The translations under genes were made by a program, and so were the position numbers. From Andalucia godoyi And28 (Eukaryota > Protista > Jakobida), in assembly GCA_009859145.1 (NCBI GenBank), contig VRVR01000051.1:126549-190548 (forward strand): a stretch of 64,000 bases of DNA, read 5' to 3'. This document shows, piece after piece, positions 44,447-54,200 of the stretch (within the stretch, counting starts at the first letter, position 1; every line of letters begins with the position of its first letter). The notes below the pieces were generated by a model, which did not search any database, had not been told where the DNA came from, and worked only from the letters and a program-made list of their open reading frames with translations.

Positions 44447-44977
44447 ATGTCCGAGTGCGTGTTTTGTAGCGGTGTTGGAAAACGGGTGTTGTGCGGAGTG
44501 GTGTTCCGAAGCGAGTACTTCACCGTGCTGTACAATTTGCGACCGGTGGTGCGTGGACACGTGCTGGTTCTCCCGACTGCACACTATGCATCGCTGACTG
44601 CGCTTTCGCCAACGCACTTTGCGGATCTTGTCGCGTGTCTGCAGCGCACTGTGCGCGGGCTTCAGCGGTAGTACAACACCGAGTCGTACAACGTCATTCT
44701 CCAGGACGGACCGCTCTCTGGCCAGTCCATCCAGCATCTGCACTGGCATGTCATCCCGCGCACCCTGCACAGCCAACTCTGCCCGTCTCCCTCCGTCCCT
44801 TCCGCTCCTGCTGCTGCCGTCTCGGAACAGAGCGAGTGGTTCGACGAGTTTCAAAGACACGAACGAGACACCGCGCGCATCGCACTCTCTGTCGAACAGC
44901 GCGATCATGAAGCCGCTACACTGCTCTACCACATCCAGCTTGCCGAATCCGAAGCCACGTCCACATCAAAGCAGTAA
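44447..44977 (+). pseudogene. FHIT: FHIT/HIT-family Ap3A hydrolase interrupted by one in-frame TAG (44669-44671)
   Basis: NLRPVVRGHVLV before the stop; QDGPLSGQSIQHLHWHVIPR and a SVEQRDHEAATL tail in the same frame after it. Confidence 0.8.
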
Positions 44978-45053
44978 TAAACTATATATACATACGCACA
45001 CTCACCCCCACACCTCCACACACAAATGCACATACACACGCGCGCATGCATCC

Positions 45054-45566
45054 TTACTTACTTGCAACGGGATGACTCATCTTTGGAGCAACGTTAAAAG
45101 ACGCAGAGGGGGAAGAGGAAAAGGAGGCATGGTCGCGTTGGAACCGCAGAATATCGCGTTCGATGCGCTCGCAGCGATCCTGGATCCACTCGATATGTGC
45201 CTTTTTGCGCAAAGCCTTGTTTTTGAGCTCGAGAGCCTGCTGCTCAGCTTGCCGAACACCCATCCGCAGCACCCTGTTTGTCTCTTCCATGCGCTGATTT
45301 GCAACACGCGCAAGCGCAAGTTCCCGAGTCGCCGTCTGCATGCTCTCTGGATTCCCTCGCGTCGACACGGACGCATGCTCACGATCTGCAGTCTGAAGAC
45401 GCACTAGCACACTGTGCGCTTGCTCGACGAAGTGGCGCAGTCGGTCAATGCGAGACTCGGTGGACACGAGCAGCCGCTCCGTCTCCAGCGACTCGCGATA
45501 CGTCTGGTCAATCGCACTCTGCAGCCCGTGTCGCTCCATTGTCGCCTGCGCATTTGTTGGGGTCAT
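45054..45566 (-). CDS. Small coiled-coil hypothetical protein
   Basis: 170-aa ATG ORF with heptad pattern, flanked by UTR-like low-complexity DNA. Confidence 0.55.
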   Translation of the reverse strand: MTPTNAQATMERHGLQSAIDQTYRESLETERLLVSTESRIDRLRHFVEQAHSVLVRLQTADREHASVSTRGNPESMQTATRELALARVANQRMEETNRVLRMGVRQAEQQALELKNKALRKKAHIEWIQDRCERIERDILRFQRDHASFSSSPSASFNVAPKMSHPVASK

Positions 45567-45785
45567 GCAGCTATCGAGAGCGTTCGGGCATTGTTTTGGA
45601 CCGTGGTTCTCTTCTCGTTGTGGTGGGGGGCTACGACTGCTGCGTCGTGTTGTTATTGCTTTGATTTGTTGGCAAGGAAGTTGAGGAGGGTCAAGAGGTG
45701 GAGTTGATAAACTCCAAAATGAAAAACATTAAAAGAAAAAGGATGGAAAAAAAAATTTCCGGTTCAAAAGACAGGGACGAATGAT

Positions 45786-46211
45786 TTAAGCCTCGGCGGT
45801 CTGGGACTCCTCGCCCTTTCCTCCCTTGGTCTTCTTGGGCAAAAGCGCGTTGTTGATGCGGGGCAAGACACCTCCCTGCGAGATGGTGACGTTGGCCAAG
45901 AGGCGGTTGAGCTCCTCGTCGTGGCGGACCGCGAGCTGGATGTGTCTCGGGATGATGCGGGTCTTCTTGACCTCACGGGCTGCGTTTCCTGCAAGTTCGA
46001 GGACTTCGGCAGCAAGGTATTCGAGGACGGCAGCGAGGTACACGGGTGCTCCGGCTGCAACACGCTCGGCATACTGACCCTGCTTGAGGAAACGGGCAAT
46101 ACGGCCAACGGGGAACGAGAGGCCAGCCCGCTGAGAGCGGGAAACGGCCTTCTTGGAGGACTTTGCACGGTTGCCAGCGGGTTCGGCAGCAGGGGCGTTC
46201 TTGGGGGCCAT
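45786..46211 (-). CDS. H2A: Histone H2A
   Basis: [61 protein letters not shown]. Confidence 0.97.
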   Translation of the reverse strand: MAPKNAPAAEPAGNRAKSSKKAVSRSQRAGLSFPVGRIARFLKQGQYAERVAAGAPVYLAAVLEYLAAEVLELAGNAAREVKKTRIIPRHIQLAVRHDEELNRLLANVTISQGGVLPRINNALLPKKTKGGKGEESQTAEA

Positions 46212-46673
46212 CTTTGACTTTTTCTTGGGGGTGGGTGGGTTAGCGGGGTTAGTTTAAAAAAAGTTTGAGGTTTTGAAAACGAAAAAAATGAAAAAGAAAA
46301 AACAAAAGGAATCAAGAAACCGAAGATGGATAAAAGGAGAATTGGAATACTTATGGAGACACAAGAATGCTCGAAACAGGCTTTGCAGTAACCCGCCCAA
46401 AATGAAACTGGGCGCGGGACAGTCTTTTGCATGCGCCGTGCAAATGCATCAGTTGAGAGACTTGCCAGCGAGGTCGTGGGGGTTCGGCCATTTCCCCCAC
46501 CCGTCGCTTATTTCCTGTCGGTTTTCCATGAAATTTCTACGCTTCGGGCATTAAAAAATCCCCGAACGGCCGTCTTGGGCGAATGATTTACTTTATTATT
46601 ATTATTATTATTATTATTATTTTGAAAACGGGGTTTTCTCCTCGTTGTTGCAGTACGATGATTGTGCGAATCG

Positions 46674-47429
46674 ATGCAGACGGGCATGCGAATATCGCTG
46701 ATTCGGCATGGGGAAACGGAAGCGAATGCACAGAGTGTCATTCAGGGACACGGTGATAGTCCGCTTACCTCTCGCGGTCATTTGCAGTGCAAAGCGCTGT
46801 GTCACTACCTCGTTTCCGAGGGCATTCAGTTTGATGCAATGTATGTTTCGGATCTCGGAAGGACGCAGACGACCGCATCGTATCTTTTACAATCTGTGAA
46901 GCGTGCTCAGAATGAAGATGCCAACTCTGCTGATCCGAGTCGGTCGGCGCTTGTCGTGCTGGACAGCAGGCTTCGCGAGCGGCGATTTGAAAAGGAACAG
47001 GGTCACAGTGGGAATCCAGAGTCGGAGTCGATGGAAAAGGTGTGGATGCGAGCAGTGTCCATGCTGTGCACTGTGGTTTCCAGACATGCCAATCATAAGA
47101 ATCTGCACCAGCACCAGCACCAGCACCAGCACCACGTGGCATTGGTCACACATGGGGGATGGATCGCATGTGTGCTGAAGAACCTGCATGTCAAGATGTT
47201 TGGCTTCCCTCGCAATGCATCGATTTCCACGCTCCAATTCACATCCTCCCTCTTCATGGACTCGGACCGTATTGCGCATCAGCTGCGAAACATGCACGTG
47301 AGCAAGGACTGTCTCCAAGTGCTCAGGATGAACCACCAACCAAAATACCGTGACCCAAAACAGCGGACTCTCGAGGCCTTCGTCTTCCATCCACAAACCG
47401 AGAAACAACCAGACACGGATGGAGAGTGA
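46674..47429 (+). CDS. Histidine phosphatase (phosphoglycerate mutase/TIGAR-like)
   Basis: LIRHGETEAN, SDLGRTQTT, LRER, LVTHGG motifs. Confidence 0.88.
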   Translation: MQTGMRISLIRHGETEANAQSVIQGHGDSPLTSRGHLQCKALCHYLVSEGIQFDAMYVSDLGRTQTTASYLLQSVKRAQNEDANSADPSRSALVVLDSRLRERRFEKEQGHSGNPESESMEKVWMRAVSMLCTVVSRHANHKNLHQHQHQHQHHVALVTHGGWIACVLKNLHVKMFGFPRNASISTLQFTSSLFMDSDRIAHQLRNMHVSKDCLQVLRMNHQPKYRDPKQRTLEAFVFHPQTEKQPDTDGE

Positions 47430-47481
47430 GTGGGTGGAGAAGGAAGAAGAAAAGGGCACTCCCCTTGGATCATGTTCTCCG

Positions 47482-48594
47482 CTATGCAGACGAAGAGGAA
47501 GAGGATGGCTCAAAGAGCGAGTCGACGTGCTGTCGGAACCACGCGGGAACCACACGATGCTGGGGCTCGCTTTCTTGGTAGATGCGCACGCTGCCGTCCG
47601 AGTCGCCGTCGGATCTGGAAACGTTGCAGAACTCAACCTTGTAAACGACACCCTCTTTCTTGCAATTTCTCGAAATAATGTTCAGAAATGCGACAATGTT
47701 TCGCAGCGAATAGTACGCATCAAACCGGTACTTATCCGGGAGGCTCTCGACATCCTCGTCCACGACTTGCACAACCTGGCCCTCTGCATTCCGCATTCCA
47801 ACAATAAGTGTCGGCACATTCGCCAGAAAACACTGGACCCATGCCTTGCGCAGCTTTCGAAACGGGACATTACGAAGCCCAGGTCCTTGTCCTTGTCCTT
47901 GTCCATATCCTTGTCCTTGTCCATGCGAACTGTCCGATTTCCAGCACTTAATTTCAATCGGCCTTCCTTGCGAATCCATGGCGTCCATTTCCGCACCCAT
48001 TGCGATCAAGTAGTCGTTAGCGAGCCGCACTCCAATCACCTGACAGTGCTGCTCGGACGACACGGCAATGGCATTCTCGGGCACTGTGGTCGCTGCGCTG
48101 GAAGCAGCGACACACATGGACTCCCAGATCCTTCCCATTTTCGACTCGTCGGTTTCGTCCTCGCCGTCTGTCTTCCCACTGTCCACGATGTCCAGCACAA
48201 GGACGCCGCGGAATACTTCCACGCAGACTGCAAAGGGCGAGTCGGCCGCAGCCATCTTGTTCAAATTGTTGCGAAACGTCAGCACCTGCATTTGCTGGAA
48301 GAGTCTTTTCAGGTGTTTGTATGCGGACAGAGCCTTCAGGAGTGGCTCCAGAGAAGAATCGTTCGGGGGAGACACATAGTCAAACAGATGTGGGCGCAGA
48401 GAAATCGGGAACTGAGAGTGGTGTGGTGGCCGGAACCGCTTCGCAGCACCGTACGACGACAGCTCAATCGGCATGTGCACAGGCACGCGCAAAGGCACCC
48501 CGGACCGCGACAGGGACAGCACAGTCTCAAACAGCAACATCGAGCACCCATCCTCATCCACACCCGCACCCGCACCATTCATGTTCACGTCCAT
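47482..48594 (-). CDS. DXO: DXO/Rai1/Dom3Z decapping exoribonuclease
   Basis: TFRNNLNKM, GRIWE, AEMD, IEIK, KLRKAWVQCFLANVPTLIVGMR motifs. Confidence 0.8.
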   Translation of the reverse strand: MDVNMNGAGAGVDEDGCSMLLFETVLSLSRSGVPLRVPVHMPIELSSYGAAKRFRPPHHSQFPISLRPHLFDYVSPPNDSSLEPLLKALSAYKHLKRLFQQMQVLTFRNNLNKMAAADSPFAVCVEVFRGVLVLDIVDSGKTDGEDETDESKMGRIWESMCVAASSAATTVPENAIAVSSEQHCQVIGVRLANDYLIAMGAEMDAMDSQGRPIEIKCWKSDSSHGQGQGYGQGQGQGPGLRNVPFRKLRKAWVQCFLANVPTLIVGMRNAEGQVVQVVDEDVESLPDKYRFDAYYSLRNIVAFLNIISRNCKKEGVVYKVEFCNVSRSDGDSDGSVRIYQESEPQHRVVPAWFRQHVDSLFEPSSSSSSA

Positions 48595-48732
48595 GTCTCG
48601 ACTCGTCTTTGCTCGCTCGAATGCCAACGGAGTGTGCCTTCTTCGAATGCTGGTCTTTTCGGTCTTTCGCACACCGCATTGCATCTGCGCAAGGGGCCTC
48701 GCGGTCTACGACAGAAGAGGGCTCTTGGATTT

Positions 48733-49147
48733 TGGATCTACAGCAGGTTCCGGACGCTTGACAACGTTGCACATCAAACAATACGATTTTCTTACCTTAA
48801 TCATGTCTAGAAAAATTTCTTCATTCTTCACGTTTTCTTTCATTCTACCACTTTCTGTTTATTTGTGTTTTATAATCGAACTCTCAAGCAGCACCTTTCA
48901 TCAGAGACAAAAACAAAACATCTCATGGCTCCAAAAAAGAGGGGATCTTCCCAACAAACTCAAACCGGCCATGCTCGAAGATAGCGAGAACCAAGAAAAC
49001 CCCGTTGATCTTCTCTCGTCAGAGGCGGAGAGCAAGAAGAAGCGATGACCCTTTTGATGCAGAGGTGGTGCTCTCCCCAAACTGGATCTATCTTCGGTGA
49101 CAGCTCAGCCGATGATGATCAATAATGATTCATGTTTTGGCGAGCGG
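48733..49147 (-). repeat. Dispersed repeat family C, copy 2
   Basis: Homologous to 15573-16016; boundary at CCG|CTCGCC on the minus strand. Confidence 0.8.
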
Positions 49148-49259
49148 TTACTTGGGAGAGGTTTAAAAAGAGGAATTAATGTATACCTCCTATATGTCTA
49201 GATAGTAAGAAAATAAAAGCAAAACAAAACAATAACAAAGCACGACTGCAAAGAAAGTG

Positions 49260-49895
49260 CTACCTGCTGAGTTTATCCTTGTGGACGATATCGACAAAGA
49301 GGCTGTGGAACCTCGAGTCAGTTTCGCAGAGCTCTGGATGGAACACACAGCCGAGTTTATTTCCCTGCCGGACGGCCACGATGACGTCGCCGTACCGCGC
49401 GAGGACCTCGACATCGTCTCCGAGGGTTCTGAGAATTGCCGGAGCACGGATAAAGATTGCTCGCATCTTGCCGATTCCATGCACCTCCAAGTCTGTCTCA
49501 AACGACTGGATCTGACGGCCAAAGTAGTTGCGCGCGGTTTCGACATGCAGTCCTCCAATCAGCCCCTGTCCTCCGTTTTTCTGATGGTCGACCTTGTCTG
49601 ACAAGAGAATGCAGCCCGCGCATGTCCCCCACACTGGTCTTTTCAGCTCGTTTGCAAAACGCGAGAGCTGCGCAAAGAGCCCATCTGGCTCTGCAATCAG
49701 CGCCATCGACGTGGACTCCCCACCGGGTATAATCAGCCCGTCGCACTTCTCAAGCTCTGCACTCGTCCGAACCTCTGCCACACTTAGCCAAGGACACGTC
49801 GTCGCAGCAAGACGCCTCAGATGCTCCACATGCTCCGCAAACGCTCCCTGCAACGAAAGCACGCCAATCACAATCGCACCCGCACTCCCACTCAT
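49260..49895 (-). CDS. PDX2: Pyridoxal 5'-phosphate synthase glutaminase subunit
   Basis: GVLSLQGAFAEH, IIPGGEST, WGTCAGCILL, RNYFGRQ, FIRAP, FHPEL. Confidence 0.96.
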   Translation of the reverse strand: MSGSAGAIVIGVLSLQGAFAEHVEHLRRLAATTCPWLSVAEVRTSAELEKCDGLIIPGGESTSMALIAEPDGLFAQLSRFANELKRPVWGTCAGCILLSDKVDHQKNGGQGLIGGLHVETARNYFGRQIQSFETDLEVHGIGKMRAIFIRAPAILRTLGDDVEVLARYGDVIVAVRQGNKLGCVFHPELCETDSRFHSLFVDIVHKDKLSR

Positions 49896-50441
49896 GATGT
49901 ACACAACCGCAGGAAAAAGACGCTCTTTTTTAATAATCCACTTCAACCAGATAAATAAGAATCATACAAAACAACAACCATGCATAAGCAGATGCTCATA
50001 AAATAAAAACAAAACAAACAAACAGACTATAGAAAATGCATATATAAAAAAATAAAGCATGCCGGAGACACGTACTCTTCTGAATTTTTTTATTTAATTA
50101 AAATATCTGTGTCTCACTCACTCGTCGATCGTCTTCGACATGGAAAGTCCCGACGGGTTCAGGAAATTGAAGTTGAATCCGCCGGGAAAAACAAGCTCCT
50201 TTTCCCAGACAGTGAATTTCCGACTTTTCTCCGAAAATTCAAAGTTCGTGTCTCGCCCTCGACGTTCTTCTTCATTCTTTCTTTATATTTCATTCATTCT
50301 CTATGTTTCCTGTGTTTTCTTTTTCTTTTTCTTTTTCTTTTTCTTCCTCTTCTTTCGTTTATTACTCAGGTTTTTTATTATTATATTTATTTCGCCTTGG
50401 GTTCTGACTGGGTTGTAGAACCACGGGAAGAAAAGAAGAGA

Positions 50442-50448
50442 ACACACA

Positions 50449-50490
<42 letters not shown>
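50442..50490. repeat. Compound (AC)n(AG)n microsatellite abutting the PDX1 start codon
   Basis: Direct reading of the sequence. Confidence 0.9.
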
Positions 50491-51417
50491 ATGTCGACTG
50501 AAGGTAGTGTGGTGAAGAGTTCGCGAGCGACGAAAGTGGGGCTTGCAAAGATGCTTCGTGGAGTGATTATGGACGTGATGAATGTTGAGCAGGCGCGGAT
50601 TGCCGAGGAAGCGGGGGCTGTGGCAGTGATGGCGCTTGAGCGGATTCCGGCAGACATCCGTACAGCGGGCGGAGTATCGCGGATGAGTGATCCGCAGATG
50701 ATCAAGGAGATTTGCGCAGCGGTGACGATTCCTGTGATGGCGAAGTGCCGGATTGGACACTTTGTCGAGGCGCAGATTCTGCAGGAGATCGGCGTGGACT
50801 ACATTGACGAGTCCGAGGTTCTTACTCCTGCAGACGATGAAAACCACATCAACAAGCATGCGTTCCAGGTCCCGTTTGTGTGCGGATGCCGGAACCTTGG
50901 TGAAGCGCTGCGCAGAATCGCAGAGGGTGCCGCGATGATCCGCACCAAGGGAGAGGCTGGCACAGGGAACGTCGTTGAGGCCGTCCGTCACATGCGCACG
51001 CTGCACAGGGAAATCAGACAGCTGCAGGGAATGGACGACTCGGAAATCTACACATATGCAAAGACCATCCAGGCCCCCGTCGAGCTTGTCGCAGAGTGCA
51101 AGCGTCTTGGGAAGTTGCCGGTCATTAACTTTGCAGCCGGCGGTGTCGCGACTCCCGCCGACGCTGCGATGTGCATGCAGCTTGGAATGGACGGCGTCTT
51201 TGTTGGCTCGGGAATCTTCAAGTCTGGGAACCCGGCGGCGAGAGCCCGGGCAATTGTCCAGGCTGTCACGCACTACAAGGACCCCAAGATCATTGCACAG
51301 GTCTCCGAGGGGCTCGGCGAGGCAATGGTGGGAATAACGGGCGACAGTCTCAAGCAGAGGTGGGCCGATCGAGAGCCAGGAAACATGCCCGGTTCATCAT
51401 GGGCTCAAAAATACTGA
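50491..51417 (+). CDS. PDX1: Pyridoxal 5'-phosphate synthase synthase subunit
   Basis: [69 protein letters not shown]. Confidence 0.97.
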   Translation: MSTEGSVVKSSRATKVGLAKMLRGVIMDVMNVEQARIAEEAGAVAVMALERIPADIRTAGGVSRMSDPQMIKEICAAVTIPVMAKCRIGHFVEAQILQEIGVDYIDESEVLTPADDENHINKHAFQVPFVCGCRNLGEALRRIAEGAAMIRTKGEAGTGNVVEAVRHMRTLHREIRQLQGMDDSEIYTYAKTIQAPVELVAECKRLGKLPVINFAAGGVATPADAAMCMQLGMDGVFVGSGIFKSGNPAARARAIVQAVTHYKDPKIIAQVSEGLGEAMVGITGDSLKQRWADREPGNMPGSSWAQKY

Positions 51418-51494
51418 GTGACGTGACTGTAGTCGATGCCTCCTACGAGAGTCGGGCCACTCGAATCGAAGAGTAAAAAATGGAGAAAGAAGTA

Positions 51495-51585
51495 CTGGAA
51501 ATGGACACACGCCTACATTGCACACTAACCACGGATAATCATCGCTGATCACCCATAATCAATGTAGCAACCCAACAACATGCAT
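51495..51585 (-). ncRNA. Partial omega RNA (terminal hairpin plus flank) of E5
   Basis: GCGA-capped stem extends to about 19 bp with CATTG/TAGTG; an A-to-G change versus E2 keeps pairing as U-G. Confidence 0.5.
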
Positions 51586-51758
51586 AATGCAACGCGGCGG
51601 CGTGTTTATATAGGGATTTCATGATCAAAATGGGGGCGAAACGAATCGGGCATCGTGTGACGGAGCTGTTAACATAGCAAAAGCATGTGCATGGCGCGTG
51701 GCAGTGTTTTTGTTTACGTGCGCTTTAGGTTGCTTCATCATATCGCAATTAGTAGCAG
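51512..51758 (-). mobile_element. E5: minimal MITE-like derivative of E2 (left end fused directly to the terminal omega hairpin, no ORF)
   Basis: 51590-51765 matches 3210-3388 and 51513-51585 matches 3747-3817 (reverse complement). Bounded by CCG|CTG and CAATGTAGG|CG. Confidence 0.88.
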
Positions 51759-51824
51759 CGGTGTTTTGCTCTGTTCTTCTTCATTCTCTCTTTTCGCAGG
51801 ATTTGTTTTCCTCGGATATACATC

Positions 51825-51837
51825 CACACACACACAT

Positions 51838-51890
<53 letters not shown>

Positions 51891-51915
51891 CGTGCATCCA
51901 TCCATCCATCCATCC
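51825..51915. repeat. Compound (CA)n(TA)n(CATC)n microsatellite
   Basis: Direct reading of the sequence. Confidence 0.9.
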
Positions 51916-51943
51916 GCGATAAAATATACAGCCAACACAGAGA

Positions 51944-52984
51944 ATGGAAATGCACAAGGAGCAGGGCGCAAAAGATATGAAGAGTTCGTTAATTGGGTTT
52001 GGAGCATCGCCGCTTGGGGGGATGATGGGCGAGATGAATCTGTCGATTGCAAAGCGGGCGGTGTCGACGGCGCTTGCGCATTCGATATCACAATTTGACA
52101 CGTCTCCGTACTATGGGAATTCCGAGTCTGTGCTTGGCGAGTGTCTGACCGGCATTCCGCGTTCGTCGTACACAGTGTGCACGAAATGCGGGAGATATCC
52201 GGGGGGCGAGTTCGACTACTCGGCCTCGCGAGTGACGTCCTCTGTTCTCTCGTCGATTGAGAAGCTACGATGCACGTACCTTGATCTTGTTCTCGTGCAC
52301 GACATTGAGTTTGCCGACTCGCTGGATCAGATCGTCCATGAAACGCTCCCTGCGCTCCAGAAGCTCCGCGAACGAGGTCTGGTCAAGCGACTTGGGATCT
52401 CGGCGTATCCACTGCACGTGCTTCGGTACGTTGCCGAGCGAGCCGTCGACCCGCGTCTCGATGTCGTTCTTACATACTGCCATCTGAACCTCGCAGACAC
52501 TTCGCTGCTGCCCGAACTCGAGTTTTACAGAAAGCGGTCCATCAAGCTGATCGTCGCATCGGTGCTTTCCATGGGCCTCTTCTCTACCAAGGGACCGCAG
52601 AGCTGGCATCCCGCGTCCGAGAAACTCAAGGCCGCGTGCGCTGATGTTCGAGCCGAGTGTGCAGTGCGCGGCGTCAATGTCTCCGCGTATGCCTTGCGCT
52701 GGGCTCTCGATGCCGTGCACGGATACAACCAGGAGTGTCACCGTGGCTGTATGAATGACAGTAGCAATCGCGATGACAATGACAATGGCGATGCGATCGA
52801 GAGCGTGCTGGTTGGGTTTGCGTCCGAGGAAGAGGTTCTGCAGGCAGTCGAGGTTTGTGACGGCAGGGAGTCGACCGCTTCGGCACTTCCAGACGCTAAT
52901 CTGCGCGATTGGATCCGCAGACGACTCGACAGTGTGCCTTCATCCGACCGCACCTGGCCATCTGGCAAGCATCCCCCGTCCTAA
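51944..52984 (+). CDS. Aldo/keto reductase, L-galactose dehydrogenase / D-arabinose dehydrogenase-like
   Basis: IGFGASPLGG, FDTSPYYG, TKCGRY, HDIEFADSLDQIVHETLPALQKL, GISAYPL, YCH motifs. Confidence 0.85.
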   Translation: MEMHKEQGAKDMKSSLIGFGASPLGGMMGEMNLSIAKRAVSTALAHSISQFDTSPYYGNSESVLGECLTGIPRSSYTVCTKCGRYPGGEFDYSASRVTSSVLSSIEKLRCTYLDLVLVHDIEFADSLDQIVHETLPALQKLRERGLVKRLGISAYPLHVLRYVAERAVDPRLDVVLTYCHLNLADTSLLPELEFYRKRSIKLIVASVLSMGLFSTKGPQSWHPASEKLKAACADVRAECAVRGVNVSAYALRWALDAVHGYNQECHRGCMNDSSNRDDNDNGDAIESVLVGFASEEEVLQAVEVCDGRESTASALPDANLRDWIRRRLDSVPSSDRTWPSGKHPPS

Positions 52985-53152
52985 TCACACAGTCACCATC
53001 ATCATCATCATCATCATCACAGCGTTCACCTCTTTCACGATGTCCAACCAGGGAGTGTTTGAAGTTTACGACGACGCGTGGTAATAAATATGGTACAGTA
53101 CAACAATGACATTAAAAAAATAAAATAAATAACAATGCTTGGGCGATGGATG

Positions 53153-53701
53153 TCACGGACGATACGTCGCGTTTGCGGAGAATGCAGTGGTTCTGCGCGA
53201 GGCTCGTCGGCCGCCGCTGCGTAACATGGCACTTGCTTCGAGTCTTTCGAGGTCGACGGCGAGACCGAGGGCAGGGTCTTTCCGCGGCGCAGACGCAGAT
53301 GCTGTCGTGCTTGCGGGCGACGGAGAAGCAGAGGACAGCGGGAGACCGACGATGCGAGCTTGTCCCACCATGTAGTCGTAGATGTGCTCGAGATGGAACT
53401 GCAAAGCAAGCGAGCGAAACTCGCTGTCAGATTCCAAGAGTCTCTTAACCGTCGTCACATCAAATAATTTGGAGTGGGAGCGCACGAGCCCGTCGACCGT
53501 CTGTCTCGCAAGTGCATCCAGCCGTTTTCGCGCGAACCGCATCTGCTCCACTCGCTCCACCGCACTCGCATCCCGTCGCGCAAAACAGCCCATTTCCCGC
53601 GACCGTAGTTCAGCCTCGGTCGGAACTATAGCCGCCGAGCTTGCAGCATTCGATCGAGTTCGAAGAAGCACCCGACGCAATGTAAGCGGCCGTTCTCCCA
53701 T
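53153..53701 (-). CDS. Hypothetical protein (about 182 aa)
   Basis: ATG ORF with globular-looking core between UTR-like tracts; no motif recognised. Confidence 0.45.
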   Translation of the reverse strand: MGERPLTLRRVLLRTRSNAASSAAIVPTEAELRSREMGCFARRDASAVERVEQMRFARKRLDALARQTVDGLVRSHSKLFDVTTVKRLLESDSEFRSLALQFHLEHIYDYMVGQARIVGLPLSSASPSPASTTASASAPRKDPALGLAVDLERLEASAMLRSGGRRASRRTTAFSANATYRP

Positions 53702-54200
53702 ATCCCAACTACCGGTCCGTATTGTACTTTGCCACAAACAACAACAACAACAAACAACAAGCAACACGCAACACGCAAATAAACAAACAATGCCGATGTT
53801 TCTTCTTCCTTCTTGTCTTCCCTTGTCCTGTTCGCAGATCGTCTATAGTAAAAACCGCACTATCCGGATGCATACGCAATAAGAAGCCATCTCAAAAATC
53901 CAAAGAAACCGTTTGTCAATGGGATTTTTGTGACTGCTTTTTTAATTTTTTACGACAGCTACATCACTGCTGCTTTATCGACCGTAGTTACGTCCTTATG
54001 GCATGCACTCCTTTCTCTTTTTTTTCTTCGCTCTTTCCCGTAGTTCGATTCCTTTTAGCGTTCTCTCTCTCTCTCTCTGTCTCGGTCTCTGTCTCTCGTT
54101 TTCGTAATTGTTTTCGTTCTTACTGGTTTCGGTGTATGAATGTTTATATTTTTGAATTTTGGATTTGAAATTTTTTGTTTTGTGAGTTGGCGGGAAGGGA

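Noticed and set aside
44669-44671. Genome-wide TAG reassignment
   Set aside because: TAG terminates conserved genes at expected ends (LCAT 14249, eIF4E 32002, UTP6 56342).
45740-45786. Histone 3' stem-loop after H2A
   Set aside because: No 6-bp stem with a 4-nt loop matching the consensus.
31343-48594. eIF4E, FHIT and DXO as a cap-metabolism cluster
   Set aside because: Spread over 17 kb with unrelated genes between them.
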